Part shown: positions 9,544 through 21,406 of the stretch, piece by piece
How positions within the stretch are numbered: the stretch's first letter is position 1
Layout of the letters: the number at the start of each line of letters is the position of its first letter
From: an uncultured bacterium
GTDB taxonomy: Bacteria; Bacillota_I; Bacilli_A; RFN20; CAG-826
DNA: 64,000 nucleotides
Assembly (NCBI GenBank): GCA_949285325.1
Contig: CASDYZ010000007.1
Coordinates: forward strand, 82,657 to 146,656
Direction of reading: 5' to 3'
Notes under the pieces: model-generated
What the model was told of the DNA's origin: nothing
Databases searched by the model: none
Seen by the model: the letters and a program-made list of their open reading frames with translations, nothing else
Translations under genes and position numbers: made by a program

Positions 9544-10598
9544 TGTATATTTCAAACCTCACCCTAAAAAATTTCCGAAACCATACTTACGCATCATTTG
9601 AATTTCAAAAAGGATTAAACATCCTCCAAGGCGATAATGGTGTTGGTAAAACTAATATTATAGAAGCAATGTATTATCTAAGTGTCGCTCGCTCGTTTAG
9701 AGGAGTAGAAAATAAACTTCTAATCCAAGAAGATAAAGATAAGAGTCGTATAGAAGCGTCAATTAATGAAGGTAGGATCGTTAGAGATATTCAAATTGAC
9801 TTAATCGATGACGCAAGACAAATATTAGTAAACAAAAAGCCAATCAAAAAGCTTTCAGAACTATCTAAATGCGTAAATGTAATATTGTTTGAACCAGAAG
9901 ATGTGTTTATCTTTAAAGGTCCACCTAAGGATAGGAGAAATTTCTTAGATATAAGCCTTTCAAAAAAAAGTGGTGTTTACCTAGATTACATATCTCGGTA
10001 CGAAAAAGTATTGAAACAAAGAAATTCAGTACTTAAAGAAGATAATCCTGACATGACTCTTCTAAACACTTGCACTGAGATGTTAATCAAATTGTCTCAA
10101 CCGATTATAAGATATAGAGAACTCTACATCGAAGAAATAAACAAAGTGCTATCGAAGATTGTAAATTCACTAAACGGGAAAGAAGAACAAATTGAGTTAG
10201 TCTACGCTCCGTTTATCAAAAACGACGATAAATTTATCGAGACCGCAAAAAAAGTGTTTGAGAAGGGCTTAGAAAACGATTTAAAAAAGAAAGCAACTTC
10301 TATCGGAATCCATCGAGAAGACTTCATGTGTAAATTTAAAGGGAACGACATCGCACTCAGTGGTTCACAAGGAGAGAATAGAATAGTGTCCATCGGACTA
10401 AAACTAGCCCCATATTTCTTGATAGAAGATGAGGATAAAAAGCCGATTGTTGCACTAGATGATGTAATGAGTGAATTGGACGCGACTCATAGAGCTAATC
10501 TAATTAAATTATTAGAGAACTTCGAGCAAGTATTTATAAGCGCGACAAGCTTAAATATAAAGGGTGCGAAAATATACACTTTAAAAAAGAAAATATAA
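9543..10598 (+). CDS. recF: DNA replication and repair protein RecF
   Basis: N-terminal Walker A GDNGVGKTN, the SMC-like signature SGSQGENR and a Walker B/D-loop (ALDDVMSELD). Confidence 0.92.
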   Translation: MYISNLTLKNFRNHTYASFEFQKGLNILQGDNGVGKTNIIEAMYYLSVARSFRGVENKLLIQEDKDKSRIEASINEGRIVRDIQIDLIDDARQILVNKKPIKKLSELSKCVNVILFEPEDVFIFKGPPKDRRNFLDISLSKKSGVYLDYISRYEKVLKQRNSVLKEDNPDMTLLNTCTEMLIKLSQPIIRYRELYIEEINKVLSKIVNSLNGKEEQIELVYAPFIKNDDKFIETAKKVFEKGLENDLKKKATSIGIHREDFMCKFKGNDIALSGSQGENRIVSIGLKLAPYFLIEDEDKKPIVALDDVMSELDATHRANLIKLLENFEQVFISATSLNIKGAKIYTLKKKI

Positions 10599-10681
10599 CT
10601 GAAAAATAAAAAAACTCGTAAAAATCAATTAAATTAATTAAAAACTAAATAAATTTTATAAAAAAGGGAGAAAAAAATTAA

Positions 10682-12706
<2,025 letters not shown>

Positions 12707-12724
12707 TTAAGGAGACGATAAGAT

Positions 12725-15301
12725 ATGTTTTTATATGAAGATGATAACGAATTATTAAATAATGATTCACAAAATGAAGATGAAGAAATCGATGAAAAAG
12801 AAATTGAAGAAGTAGAAGCTGGCATCGTTCCAAGTTTAACTAACATCGCGATTAGTGAGACAGTTCAAACTTCATTCCTCGATTACGCGATGAGCGTCAT
12901 TGTCTCACGTGCAATCCCAGACGCACGAGATGGTTTAAAACCAGTTCATAGAAGAATAATATACGGCATGAATGAAACTGGTATGCAACCAGATAAACCT
13001 TATAAGAAAAGCGCGCGTATCGTCGGTGACGTCATGGGTAAATATCACCCTCATGGTGACTCCGCAATTTATCAAACATTAGTTAGATTAGCTCAGCCAT
13101 TCTCCATGCGTTATACATTGGTGGATGGACACGGTAACTTCGGTTCAGTCGATGGCGATGAAGCTGCGGCGATGAGATATACCGAAGCGAGAATGACTAA
13201 AATCGCTCTTGAAATGGTTAGAGATATCAACTCAAATACAGTTGATTTTATGGATAACTATGACGGCACTGAAGTTGAACCAGTCGTCTTGCCATCACGT
13301 TTCCCTAACCTCTTAGTTAACGGCTCTAACGGTATTGCGGTTGGTATGGCTACTAACATTCCTCCACATAACTTAGGTGAGACGATCGACGCGGTTGTCG
13401 CACTAGCAAAAAACAAAGACATAGACACTCTTGGTTTGATGGAATTTTTACCAGGTCCTGACTTCCCTACTGGCGGGATTATTTTAGGTAGAGGCGGCAT
13501 TAAAGATGCTTATGAAACAGGTACTGGCACTTTCGCTATCCGTTCAAAATGTGAAATACAAGAAAGAAGCAATGGATTAAAACGTATTGTGGTAAGTGAG
13601 ATACCATATCAAGTTAACAAAGCGACGATTATTGAGAATATGGCGAGACTAGTCCATGAAAAAATCATTGATGGTATTACTGATATTAGAGATGAATCTA
13701 ACAAAGATGGTATAAGAGTAGTCATCGAAGTTAGAAGAGATGTCATACCAGAAGTATTATTAAATCAATTATATAAAAATACTAATTTACAAGTTAGTTA
13801 CGGCATCATCAACCTTTGCTTAATCGATGGTGCCCCTAAAGTCGCCTCTCTTAAGACGATGTTACAAACATATTTAGATTTCCAAATTGAAGTTATTGAA
13901 AGAAGAACTAAATTCTTATTAGCTAAAGATGAAGCTAGAGATCACATTGTTATCGGTTTATTAAAATGTCACGATAACATCGATGAGATCATCGATATTA
14001 TACGCGACAGCGACACCCCAGAATCAGCTGGTAAGACATTGAAAGAAAGATTTGAATTTTCTGACGAACAAGTTCAAGCTATTTTATCGATGACTCTTAG
14101 AAGACTAACTGGTATCGAAACACAAAAATTAGAAGCAGAAAGAATGCAGTTAGAAATCAATATTGCTGAATATAAACGCATTCTCTCATCTAGAGAAAAT
14201 GAGACAGAAGTCGTCGTTAAAGAACTCCTTGAAATTAAAGAGAAATTTGGCGATGAAAGAAGAACGCAAATATCTAATGAACTGTCTTCTATCGACGATG
14301 AATCACTCATACCAGAAGAAGATATCGTCATCGCTTTAACTAAAAATGGTTATATCAAGAGATTAACTAACGATACTTTCAAAACACAAAATAGAGGTGG
14401 TAGAGGTATTAGAGGTATCTCGATGAATGACAATGATGTCGTTGATATACTTGTATCCACCAAAACACACACTGATTTATTATTCTTTACAAATTATGGT
14501 AAAGTTTATCGCACTAGAGGATATACAGTTCCAGAATATGGTCGTAATTCAAAAGGCTTACCAGTCATCAATTTATTCCAATCTTTTGAAAAAGATGAAG
14601 CAGTTAAAGCTATCATTTCTTGCGATGAATATATGGATGAAAGCTATTTGATGTTCTTTACCGAAAAAGGTATCGTCAAACGTACTTCTATAAAAGAATT
14701 TGAATCGATTAGAACAAATGGTAAGATCGCAATCTCATTAAGAGAAGGTGACATGCTAGTCGATGTCAAAGAAGTTAAAGATGATACATATGTCGGCATC
14801 GGTAGCAGTGCAGGTAAGATGGTCAACTTCCTCGCTGACGAAGCTCGCCCGATGGGAAGAACGGCGTCAGGCGTCAAAGGTATTGAATTAGATGATGATC
14901 AAAAAGTTGTCGGTGTGACAACCTCATTTGAAGGTAAATATATCTTATCTATAACTGATAAAGGTTATGGTAAGATGAGTGACGCTCAAGATTATCGTAA
15001 AACTAAAAGAGGCGCGAAAGGTGTTGTCACCCTTAAAACCACCGATAAAATTGGTAATTTAATTTGTGTCCGCGCGGTTAACGGGGATGAAGATTTAATG
15101 GTTATCACCACTGGTGGCATCGTCATTAGAATACCTCTCAGCCAAGTTAGAATCGCTGGAAGAAATACCCAAGGTGTTAAAATTATCAACCTTGAAGGTA
15201 GACAAAAAGTATCTTCTATCGCGGTGGTGCCTCACGAGGAAGAAGAAGTTGGTGAAGAAGAAACCACTCAAGAAAATATTGACAATAAAATAGAAGAATA
15301 A
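12725..15301 (+). CDS. gyrA: DNA gyrase subunit A
   Basis: Active-site region AMRYTEARM, a QRDR-like segment ([17 protein letters not shown]), GyrA-box-containing C-terminal beta-pinwheel repeats and an acidic tail. Confidence 0.97.
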   Translation: MFLYEDDNELLNNDSQNEDEEIDEKEIEEVEAGIVPSLTNIAISETVQTSFLDYAMSVIVSRAIPDARDGLKPVHRRIIYGMNETGMQPDKPYKKSARIVGDVMGKYHPHGDSAIYQTLVRLAQPFSMRYTLVDGHGNFGSVDGDEAAAMRYTEARMTKIALEMVRDINSNTVDFMDNYDGTEVEPVVLPSRFPNLLVNGSNGIAVGMATNIPPHNLGETIDAVVALAKNKDIDTLGLMEFLPGPDFPTGGIILGRGGIKDAYETGTGTFAIRSKCEIQERSNGLKRIVVSEIPYQVNKATIIENMARLVHEKIIDGITDIRDESNKDGIRVVIEVRRDVIPEVLLNQLYKNTNLQVSYGIINLCLIDGAPKVASLKTMLQTYLDFQIEVIERRTKFLLAKDEARDHIVIGLLKCHDNIDEIIDIIRDSDTPESAGKTLKERFEFSDEQVQAILSMTLRRLTGIETQKLEAERMQLEINIAEYKRILSSRENETEVVVKELLEIKEKFGDERRTQISNELSSIDDESLIPEEDIVIALTKNGYIKRLTNDTFKTQNRGGRGIRGISMNDNDVVDILVSTKTHTDLLFFTNYGKVYRTRGYTVPEYGRNSKGLPVINLFQSFEKDEAVKAIISCDEYMDESYLMFFTEKGIVKRTSIKEFESIRTNGKIAISLREGDMLVDVKEVKDDTYVGIGSSAGKMVNFLADEARPMGRTASGVKGIELDDDQKVVGVTTSFEGKYILSITDKGYGKMSDAQDYRKTKRGAKGVVTLKTTDKIGNLICVRAVNGDEDLMVITTGGIVIRIPLSQVRIAGRNTQGVKIINLEGRQKVSSIAVVPHEEEEVGEEETTQENIDNKIEE

Positions 15302-15305
15302 AAAA

Positions 15306-16349
15306 ATGAAAGTTCTCGTCTATTTTCAATCTAAAAATAAATATTCATCTTTCGAGGGAACGCGCCTTAGAAAATCAATCAAAGGCGCGCTCGAAATGAG
15401 TGGTGTTGAGCATACTAATAACATCGTTGACAATTACGATTTGATACATTTGCTCTCTCCTTTCGACGAGAACAAAATTAACGACGCGAATGAAAATCAT
15501 ATTCCAGTCGTCGTCAGCGCGCTTCAATGTGAATGTGATCCAGATGCATCTTTTTTAGAATATAAAAGTTCTGATGGCAAAAGAGAAATCAATTTAACTA
15601 ATAAAGCACTTAGATTTTTAAATAAAGCATCGATCGTGTTAGTTAGTGATAAAAGAGCGAAAGAGTTTCTCATAAATGAAGGAATAACTAGTGAAATACA
15701 AATATGTACTCCTGGTATTAATTTAGCGAGGTTTGATTTCTCTAAAGAAGATGAAAAAATGATATTCTATCGTTATTTTGGAGAAGAGACAAATAAGAAT
15801 CTCGTCATGGCGATAGGTGACTATCAAACTGCAGATGGGCTAAATGCATTTGTGGGGGCCGCTAAAAAAAATCCAAAAGTTTTATTTTATTATTTTGGTC
15901 CTTGTTCTATTAAAAAAGCAAAAAATCAAATTAAGAAAATCGCTAAGAGTGCACCTAAGAACGTCAAATTTGTCGGTAATGTACCAGACGATGTCTATAG
16001 GAGTGCATTATTGAACGCCAAAATATTTATGTTCCCGTCATATAGACCTTGCGGGATAGTATCTCTTTTTGAAGCGATGGCGGCTAAGTGTCAAATAATC
16101 GCTCGCGCGCAGTCGGTTACATTTAGTGATATTATAAAAGATGGTGAAAATGCTTATATTGGCAAATTTAGTGAAACTCTAACCTCTTTAGTAAAAGATT
16201 ATTTAGACGGCAAATTAGTGCCCACCATTGAAAATGCCTATAAAGAAGTATGTAAATATCCACTTGTACAAGTAGGAGAGACACTTAAAAAATATTATCA
16301 AGAATTAATCAACCTTAAAAATTATAGGGAGGAACAACAAGATGATTGA
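15306..16349 (+). CDS. Putative glycosyltransferase (GT-B fold, GT4-like C-terminal half)
   Basis: C-terminal region with an E..FG..EAMAA-type nucleotide-sugar binding signature (SLFEAMAAKCQIIA). Similarity is weak, so this is an inference from motif. Confidence 0.4.
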   Translation: MKVLVYFQSKNKYSSFEGTRLRKSIKGALEMSGVEHTNNIVDNYDLIHLLSPFDENKINDANENHIPVVVSALQCECDPDASFLEYKSSDGKREINLTNKALRFLNKASIVLVSDKRAKEFLINEGITSEIQICTPGINLARFDFSKEDEKMIFYRYFGEETNKNLVMAIGDYQTADGLNAFVGAAKKNPKVLFYYFGPCSIKKAKNQIKKIAKSAPKNVKFVGNVPDDVYRSALLNAKIFMFPSYRPCGIVSLFEAMAAKCQIIARAQSVTFSDIIKDGENAYIGKFSETLTSLVKDYLDGKLVPTIENAYKEVCKYPLVQVGETLKKYYQELINLKNYREEQQDD

Positions 16350-17625
16350 TATTAATTTAATTAGAGAAAATCCTAAGAAAGTTAAACAAGCATTAAAGAA
16401 GAAAAATTGGGATGTAGATTTTACTTCTCTTTTAGAATTAGATAAAAAAAGAAAAGATTTAATGCACGAAGTAGAAGTTAATAAGGCAGAGGCAAATAAA
16501 CTTTCTGCAAGTGTGCCATCAGCTAAGAAAAGTGGCGGTGATATTAACGAAATCTTTGCAAAAGTCAGAGAAATTAATGCAAAAAATAAGGAAAATGAAG
16601 AAAAATTAAAAGAAATAGATGAGCAGTTTAAAGATTTTCTGTCCGCATTACCTAATCTACCAGATGACGACTTACTCGCGGGAGGGAAAGAAAATAACAA
16701 AGTCATTAAAACATTTAAAGAAAAACCTGTATTTAACTTTAAGATTAAAGATCACGTCGAACTTGCCACCTCACTTGGACTAGTCGACTACGATCGAGGG
16801 GCAAAAATCGCTGGGAGAGGTTCTTGGGTTTATACTAATTTAGGGGCAAGACTTGAATGGGCACTTATCAATTTCTTTGTCGATGAACATTTAAAAGACG
16901 GGTATGAATTTATCCTACCCCCACATCTATTAAATTATGAATCAGGCTTTGTCGCTGGACAATTTCCTAAATTTAAAGAAGATGTGTTTTGGCTAGGAGG
17001 GATGGAACCAGAAAGATTCCTTCTTCCAACCGCTGAGACGGCGTTAGTCAATTTACATAGAAATGAAATCTTAAATGAAGATGATCTACCAAGAAAATAT
17101 TTTGCTTTCACTCCTTGCTATAGAAAAGAAGCAGGTTCTTATAGAACTGAAGAAAGAGGGATGATTAGAGGATATCAATTCGATAAAGTTGAACTCGTCC
17201 AATACACCAAACCCCAAGATAGCGATAAAGCGTTTGAAGAACTTGTTTATAAAGCAAGCAGTCTAGTAGAAAAATTAGGATTACATTTTCAAATATCTAA
17301 ATTAGCCGCGGCAGACATTTCCCACTCGATGGCAAGAACTTACGACATTGAAGTTTATATACCAAGCATTGATATCTATAAAGAAGTTTCAAGTGCCTCT
17401 AATGCGAGAGACTATCAAGCAAGACGAGGGATGATGAGATATAGGGATAAACAAACTAACAAAACTCAATATGTCCATACATTGAATGCTTCTGGACTTG
17501 CTACTTCAAGAGTATTTCCAGCAATATTAGAACAATATCAACAAGAAGATGGTTCTGTTTTAGTACCTGAAGTGTTACAAAAATATATGGGTGGTATAAA
17601 AGTTTTAAAACCAATTAAAAAATGA
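16342..17625 (+). CDS. serS: Seryl-tRNA synthetase
   Basis: N-terminal coiled-coil arm and class II aaRS motifs (FRKEAGS...RG; GLATSR). Confidence 0.95.
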   Translation: MIDINLIRENPKKVKQALKKKNWDVDFTSLLELDKKRKDLMHEVEVNKAEANKLSASVPSAKKSGGDINEIFAKVREINAKNKENEEKLKEIDEQFKDFLSALPNLPDDDLLAGGKENNKVIKTFKEKPVFNFKIKDHVELATSLGLVDYDRGAKIAGRGSWVYTNLGARLEWALINFFVDEHLKDGYEFILPPHLLNYESGFVAGQFPKFKEDVFWLGGMEPERFLLPTAETALVNLHRNEILNEDDLPRKYFAFTPCYRKEAGSYRTEERGMIRGYQFDKVELVQYTKPQDSDKAFEELVYKASSLVEKLGLHFQISKLAAADISHSMARTYDIEVYIPSIDIYKEVSSASNARDYQARRGMMRYRDKQTNKTQYVHTLNASGLATSRVFPAILEQYQQEDGSVLVPEVLQKYMGGIKVLKPIKK

Positions 17626-19655
17626 AAAATATAAATAAGAAAATATTGATAATTTTTTGTTTATCTTTATTAACAGCTTGTCAAAATATCGATATTGATT
17701 CTAGTTACGATTCAACTTCTTTTGATTCTAACTATACAAGCGAGACAACATCTAGCGAATCAACAAGTGAAAATATTGATGTTGACGATAAACCTTTCGG
17801 CGTAAATGAAACAATTTTGCACGCCTGGAATTGGTCGATGGATAACATTAAAGATAATCTAGAAGCAATAAAACAAGCTGGTTTTACCGCGGTGCAAACC
17901 TCACCTATGCAACCTCAAAAAGATTATTATCCAAATGGTAATTATAAGAATGAGTGGTGGAAACTTTACCAACCTTTAGGATTTTCTATCGCCACTAAAA
18001 ATCACTCTATTGGTACAAAACAAGATTTAGAAGAACTTTGTATAGAAGCAAATTCTTTAGGCATAAAAATAATTGTCGATATCGTATCTAACCATCTAGG
18101 TGGAGGGAATGAATATTCTTTTAATTCTAATGTGAGAGAATATGAACCTGAAATATATGATAATAATTTGTTACACGGCAATAATTTTTATGTCGATGAC
18201 AACTCAATTGAAAAAGTGACAAAAGGTAATTTAGGTGGTTATCCTGACTTACAAACTGAATCGATAATTGTTCAAGAAGCAGTGTTAGATTTATTAAAAG
18301 AATATGTCGATGTCGGTGTCAGTGGTTTTAGATTTGACGCGGCTAAACATATCGAAACTGATGAAGATGGTATTTATTCATCTAATTATTGGGAATACGT
18401 CATCGGTGGGATTAATTCATACTGCGAGGCGCAAAATAAAGATGAACCATTTATATATGGAGAAATTTTAAACACCCCTGGTGTTGGTAGAACCTATGAA
18501 GCATACACTAAAAGGATGAGTGTCACCGATAACAATACGAGCACTAAGATAAGAGAAGGAGTAGTTAATAATAATATCGATGATGCATCATATCAAGGAT
18601 ATGTTATAAATCAAGATGCATCAAAAATTGTCCTCTGGGGTGAATCACACGATACTTTTGCAAACGATTCTCACGAGACGACATATATATCTCAAGAAAA
18701 TATAGATAAAGCATATGCGATTGAAACAAGTAAAAATAATGCCTCAGTATTATATTTTCCTCGTCCATCTTCTGATTCAGTTAAGATGGGAGAAATTACT
18801 AATAATACAACTTGGAATACCCCACTTATAAGTGCGATCAACAATTTCCATAATGATTTTTATGGATATAGTGACAACATAACTTCTAATAACGGTTATT
18901 TTATTAATGTTAGAGAAAACAATAACTCTTGTGGCGTCTTAATAGTGGACATCAACGATACTTCTCCTATTAGCGATTTAACTTTAAATATTAATGATGG
19001 GCAGTATATAGATAAAATAACTGACGATGTATATGAAATTAAAAACGGAAAAATAGTCACAGAAGGAAATAATGACATATTAGTCTTATATCCGTCGAAC
19101 TATATAAAAGAAAGTAAACCAGCAATTAATATACACGATGATGGGACGACATTTATAACCGACACATTAAACGTAAATATATCCGTAATAAACGCAGATG
19201 AATCATATTACACAGTGAATGACTCTTCACCAATTTATTTTACTAACTCAATAGATTTGACAATAGAAAAAACCGAAGGTGTAGATGAATATAAATTAAA
19301 TGTTTATGCTTCTAATCAATTTGGTGAAGTAGAAGAAGAAAGAACATATAGATATGTCGAATTTATTCAAAAAGATATTTTAGTGGAAAACATACCTATT
19401 GAATATGTAGATAATGATATTTACGCGTGGGTTTGGCCTACCGGTAGTGGTGGCAGGTGGATAGAAGGAGTATTATTTGATACATCATTTACTTTTGATA
19501 TAGAAGACGATGATTCTTATTTCTTACTCGCGGTGTTCCCATCTAACTCAAACTTCAACCAATTATCTTGGGATAATGTCATATCTCAAACAGACGATAT
19601 TTTTATCGATAGTTCTATTTATGATGCATCTAATTTTGGTTGGGTAAATAAATAA
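17622..19655 (+). CDS. Lipoprotein alpha-amylase (glycoside hydrolase family 13)
   Basis: Signal peptide plus lipobox LLTAC. GH13 conserved regions include DIVSNH, GFRFDAAKHI (region II with catalytic Asp), EILN and WGESHD. Confidence 0.8.
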   Translation: MKNINKKILIIFCLSLLTACQNIDIDSSYDSTSFDSNYTSETTSSESTSENIDVDDKPFGVNETILHAWNWSMDNIKDNLEAIKQAGFTAVQTSPMQPQKDYYPNGNYKNEWWKLYQPLGFSIATKNHSIGTKQDLEELCIEANSLGIKIIVDIVSNHLGGGNEYSFNSNVREYEPEIYDNNLLHGNNFYVDDNSIEKVTKGNLGGYPDLQTESIIVQEAVLDLLKEYVDVGVSGFRFDAAKHIETDEDGIYSSNYWEYVIGGINSYCEAQNKDEPFIYGEILNTPGVGRTYEAYTKRMSVTDNNTSTKIREGVVNNNIDDASYQGYVINQDASKIVLWGESHDTFANDSHETTYISQENIDKAYAIETSKNNASVLYFPRPSSDSVKMGEITNNTTWNTPLISAINNFHNDFYGYSDNITSNNGYFINVRENNNSCGVLIVDINDTSPISDLTLNINDGQYIDKITDDVYEIKNGKIVTEGNNDILVLYPSNYIKESKPAINIHDDGTTFITDTLNVNISVINADESYYTVNDSSPIYFTNSIDLTIEKTEGVDEYKLNVYASNQFGEVEEERTYRYVEFIQKDILVENIPIEYVDNDIYAWVWPTGSGGRWIEGVLFDTSFTFDIEDDDSYFLLAVFPSNSNFNQLSWDNVISQTDDIFIDSSIYDASNFGWVNK

Positions 19656-19908
19656 ATAATAGCATTGATAATTCAAATTATATATCCATATGTATCGTTA
19701 CAATCAATGCAAATAATATAAAAATTTATAAATATAAAGCATTTTTGCGTTATTTTTAAAAGAAAAACAAAGAAATTTGATTGTTTTACTGCTTTTTTGT
19801 TTTGCTGCTATTTAAAAAACTTATTATTAAATGATGCGTCACTAAAATATGAATTTTTATCTATAAGAATATGAATAAAATATTAATAATTTTATTCTTT
19901 TTAAACTA

Positions 19909-19917
19909 TGCTATAAT
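19909..19917 (+). promoter_or_regulatory. Extended -10 promoter element (TGcTATAAT) for the SRP RNA
   Basis: TG-N-TATAAT lies 7 nt upstream of the predicted RNA 5' end at G19924. Confidence 0.5.
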
Positions 19918-19923
19918 ATTTTT

Positions 19924-20003
19924 GCCATCGCGATGTGCAGTCACGAACCAGGTCAGGATAGGAATATAGCAGCCTTAAGTGTCCTGTTCATGTGCGGTGG
20001 TTT
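19924..20003 (+). ncRNA. ffs: Signal recognition particle RNA (small, 4.5S/scRNA type)
   Basis: Contains the invariant SRP domain IV sequence CCAGGUCAGG...GGAA...AGCAGCC. The 5' GCCAUCGC pairs with the 3' GCGGUGG to close a long imperfect hairpin. It sits directly upstream of tadA, as scr lies upstream of dnaX in B. subtilis. Confidence 0.75.
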
Positions 20004-20011
20004 ATTTGTGT

Positions 20012-20473
20012 ATGATTAATGACGAAATCAAATTCATGAAGAAAGCTTTAAAGCAAGCTGAGAAAGCCGTTGAAAAGGATGAAGTACCGATAGGATGTGT
20101 CATCGTAAAGGACGGTAAAATAATTTCACGCGCTTATAATCAAAGAGAAAAAAAGATGGATTCAACCTCGCACGCCGAGATAATTGCCATTCAAAAAGCA
20201 TGCAAGAAACTTAAAAATTGGAGATTGATTGGTTGTGAGATTTATGTGACGATTGAACCTTGCCTTATGTGCGCGGGTGCGATCAATCTCGCAAGAATTA
20301 AAAAAGTATATTTTGGGGCGTATGACAAAAAAGGAGGAGCGTATGGCTCTTCTATCAATAGTTTAGACGCACTTAATGTCAACCATAGGCCATTAGTCAA
20401 GGGTGGCATTTTAGAAAAACCTTGTAGCGACATATTAAAAAATTATTTTAAAATGAAAAGAGAACAAAAATGA
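20012..20473 (+). CDS. tadA: tRNA-specific adenosine deaminase TadA
   Basis: CDA zinc motifs HAEIIAI and PCLMCAGAI. Start moved to the internal ATG (MINDEIKFMKKALKQA) because the track ORF N-terminus overlaps the SRP RNA. Confidence 0.85.
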   Translation: MINDEIKFMKKALKQAEKAVEKDEVPIGCVIVKDGKIISRAYNQREKKMDSTSHAEIIAIQKACKKLKNWRLIGCEIYVTIEPCLMCAGAINLARIKKVYFGAYDKKGGAYGSSINSLDALNVNHRPLVKGGILEKPCSDILKNYFKMKREQK

Positions 20474-21375
20474 AAAAGACGATTAAACCACTTTATTTAT
20501 TATTAATCACTCCTCTTTTTTTAGGTGCGTGTAATGGTGGGGCCACCAACGAATCTATATACTCTTATCCTAATATCAACGATTCATCAAATAACGTTAT
20601 TGTTGATTATGATTTTGATAAAGAAGGGGTTTTTGATTTTTTATCTAATCAAGAAAACATTGACAATTATCAACTATATTTAGATGCAATTAATGAAGGG
20701 GGAGACGGACACTTTAACAACATCTCATCTATTACGAGTGTGGAGAAGTTAAATTATGTCGATGAAAACGATTCTCCTCTTGCTGGTAATTTTGATAAAA
20801 CTATACAAATCAATAAAACTAGAGACGAACAAGAATATTCAATAAGTGGGACGATTAACACCGTTACTAGTGAATTAGTTGAAAATAGTGATACCGCGTC
20901 ACTAGAAACTATAAACACTACGACAACCGCGTCTTATTCTCTTTCAATAGATTCTAACATGATATCTTTTACAGAATTAATTGACTATGAAGATGAAACT
21001 ATAGAAGATGAATTAAATAGAAGTACTTTTACTCTAGAGACATATTATGAATATTTAGACTTAACTAACGCCAAAGAATATTTAGATAATTTTAATAATG
21101 AATACCTTAACAGCGGACTTACCAGCGGGATTAATTATTCTGCCTCATTAAGTGAAAATATAACGACATTCACCATGACATTTACTTATAATATTTCAAA
21201 TGACACTGATATCGTAGAAAATAATTTTACTTTAAGTTATCAAATATTAGATGGTGTAATTATTGAAATAACTTATTTAAAAACTATTAACGATATAACT
21301 GATGGTAAAAGTTTTAATACTTATTCATACACTGAAACAAATAAATTAAGTAGACAAATACAAACTGAAGAATAA
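20470..21375 (+). CDS. Hypothetical lipoprotein
   Basis: Signal peptide plus lipobox LFLGACNGG, with Asn/Thr/Ser-rich low-complexity composition. Confidence 0.55.
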   Translation: MKKTIKPLYLLLITPLFLGACNGGATNESIYSYPNINDSSNNVIVDYDFDKEGVFDFLSNQENIDNYQLYLDAINEGGDGHFNNISSITSVEKLNYVDENDSPLAGNFDKTIQINKTRDEQEYSISGTINTVTSELVENSDTASLETINTTTTASYSLSIDSNMISFTELIDYEDETIEDELNRSTFTLETYYEYLDLTNAKEYLDNFNNEYLNSGLTSGINYSASLSENITTFTMTFTYNISNDTDIVENNFTLSYQILDGVIIEITYLKTINDITDGKSFNTYSYTETNKLSRQIQTEE

Positions 21376-21406
21376 TAAAAAACTTTGTTAAAGGGTAATA
21401 ATTTAT

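Noticed and set aside
19765-19800. Possible terminator after the amylase gene (AAACAA...TTGTTT plus T-run)
   Set aside because: The stem is A/U-only with a 10-nt loop, so hairpin stability is too low to call confidently.
19979-20011. N-terminal 11 codons of the track ORF for tadA (MSCSCAVVYLC)
   Set aside because: This stretch overlaps the 3' half of the SRP RNA. The conserved TadA N-terminus begins at the internal ATG (20012).
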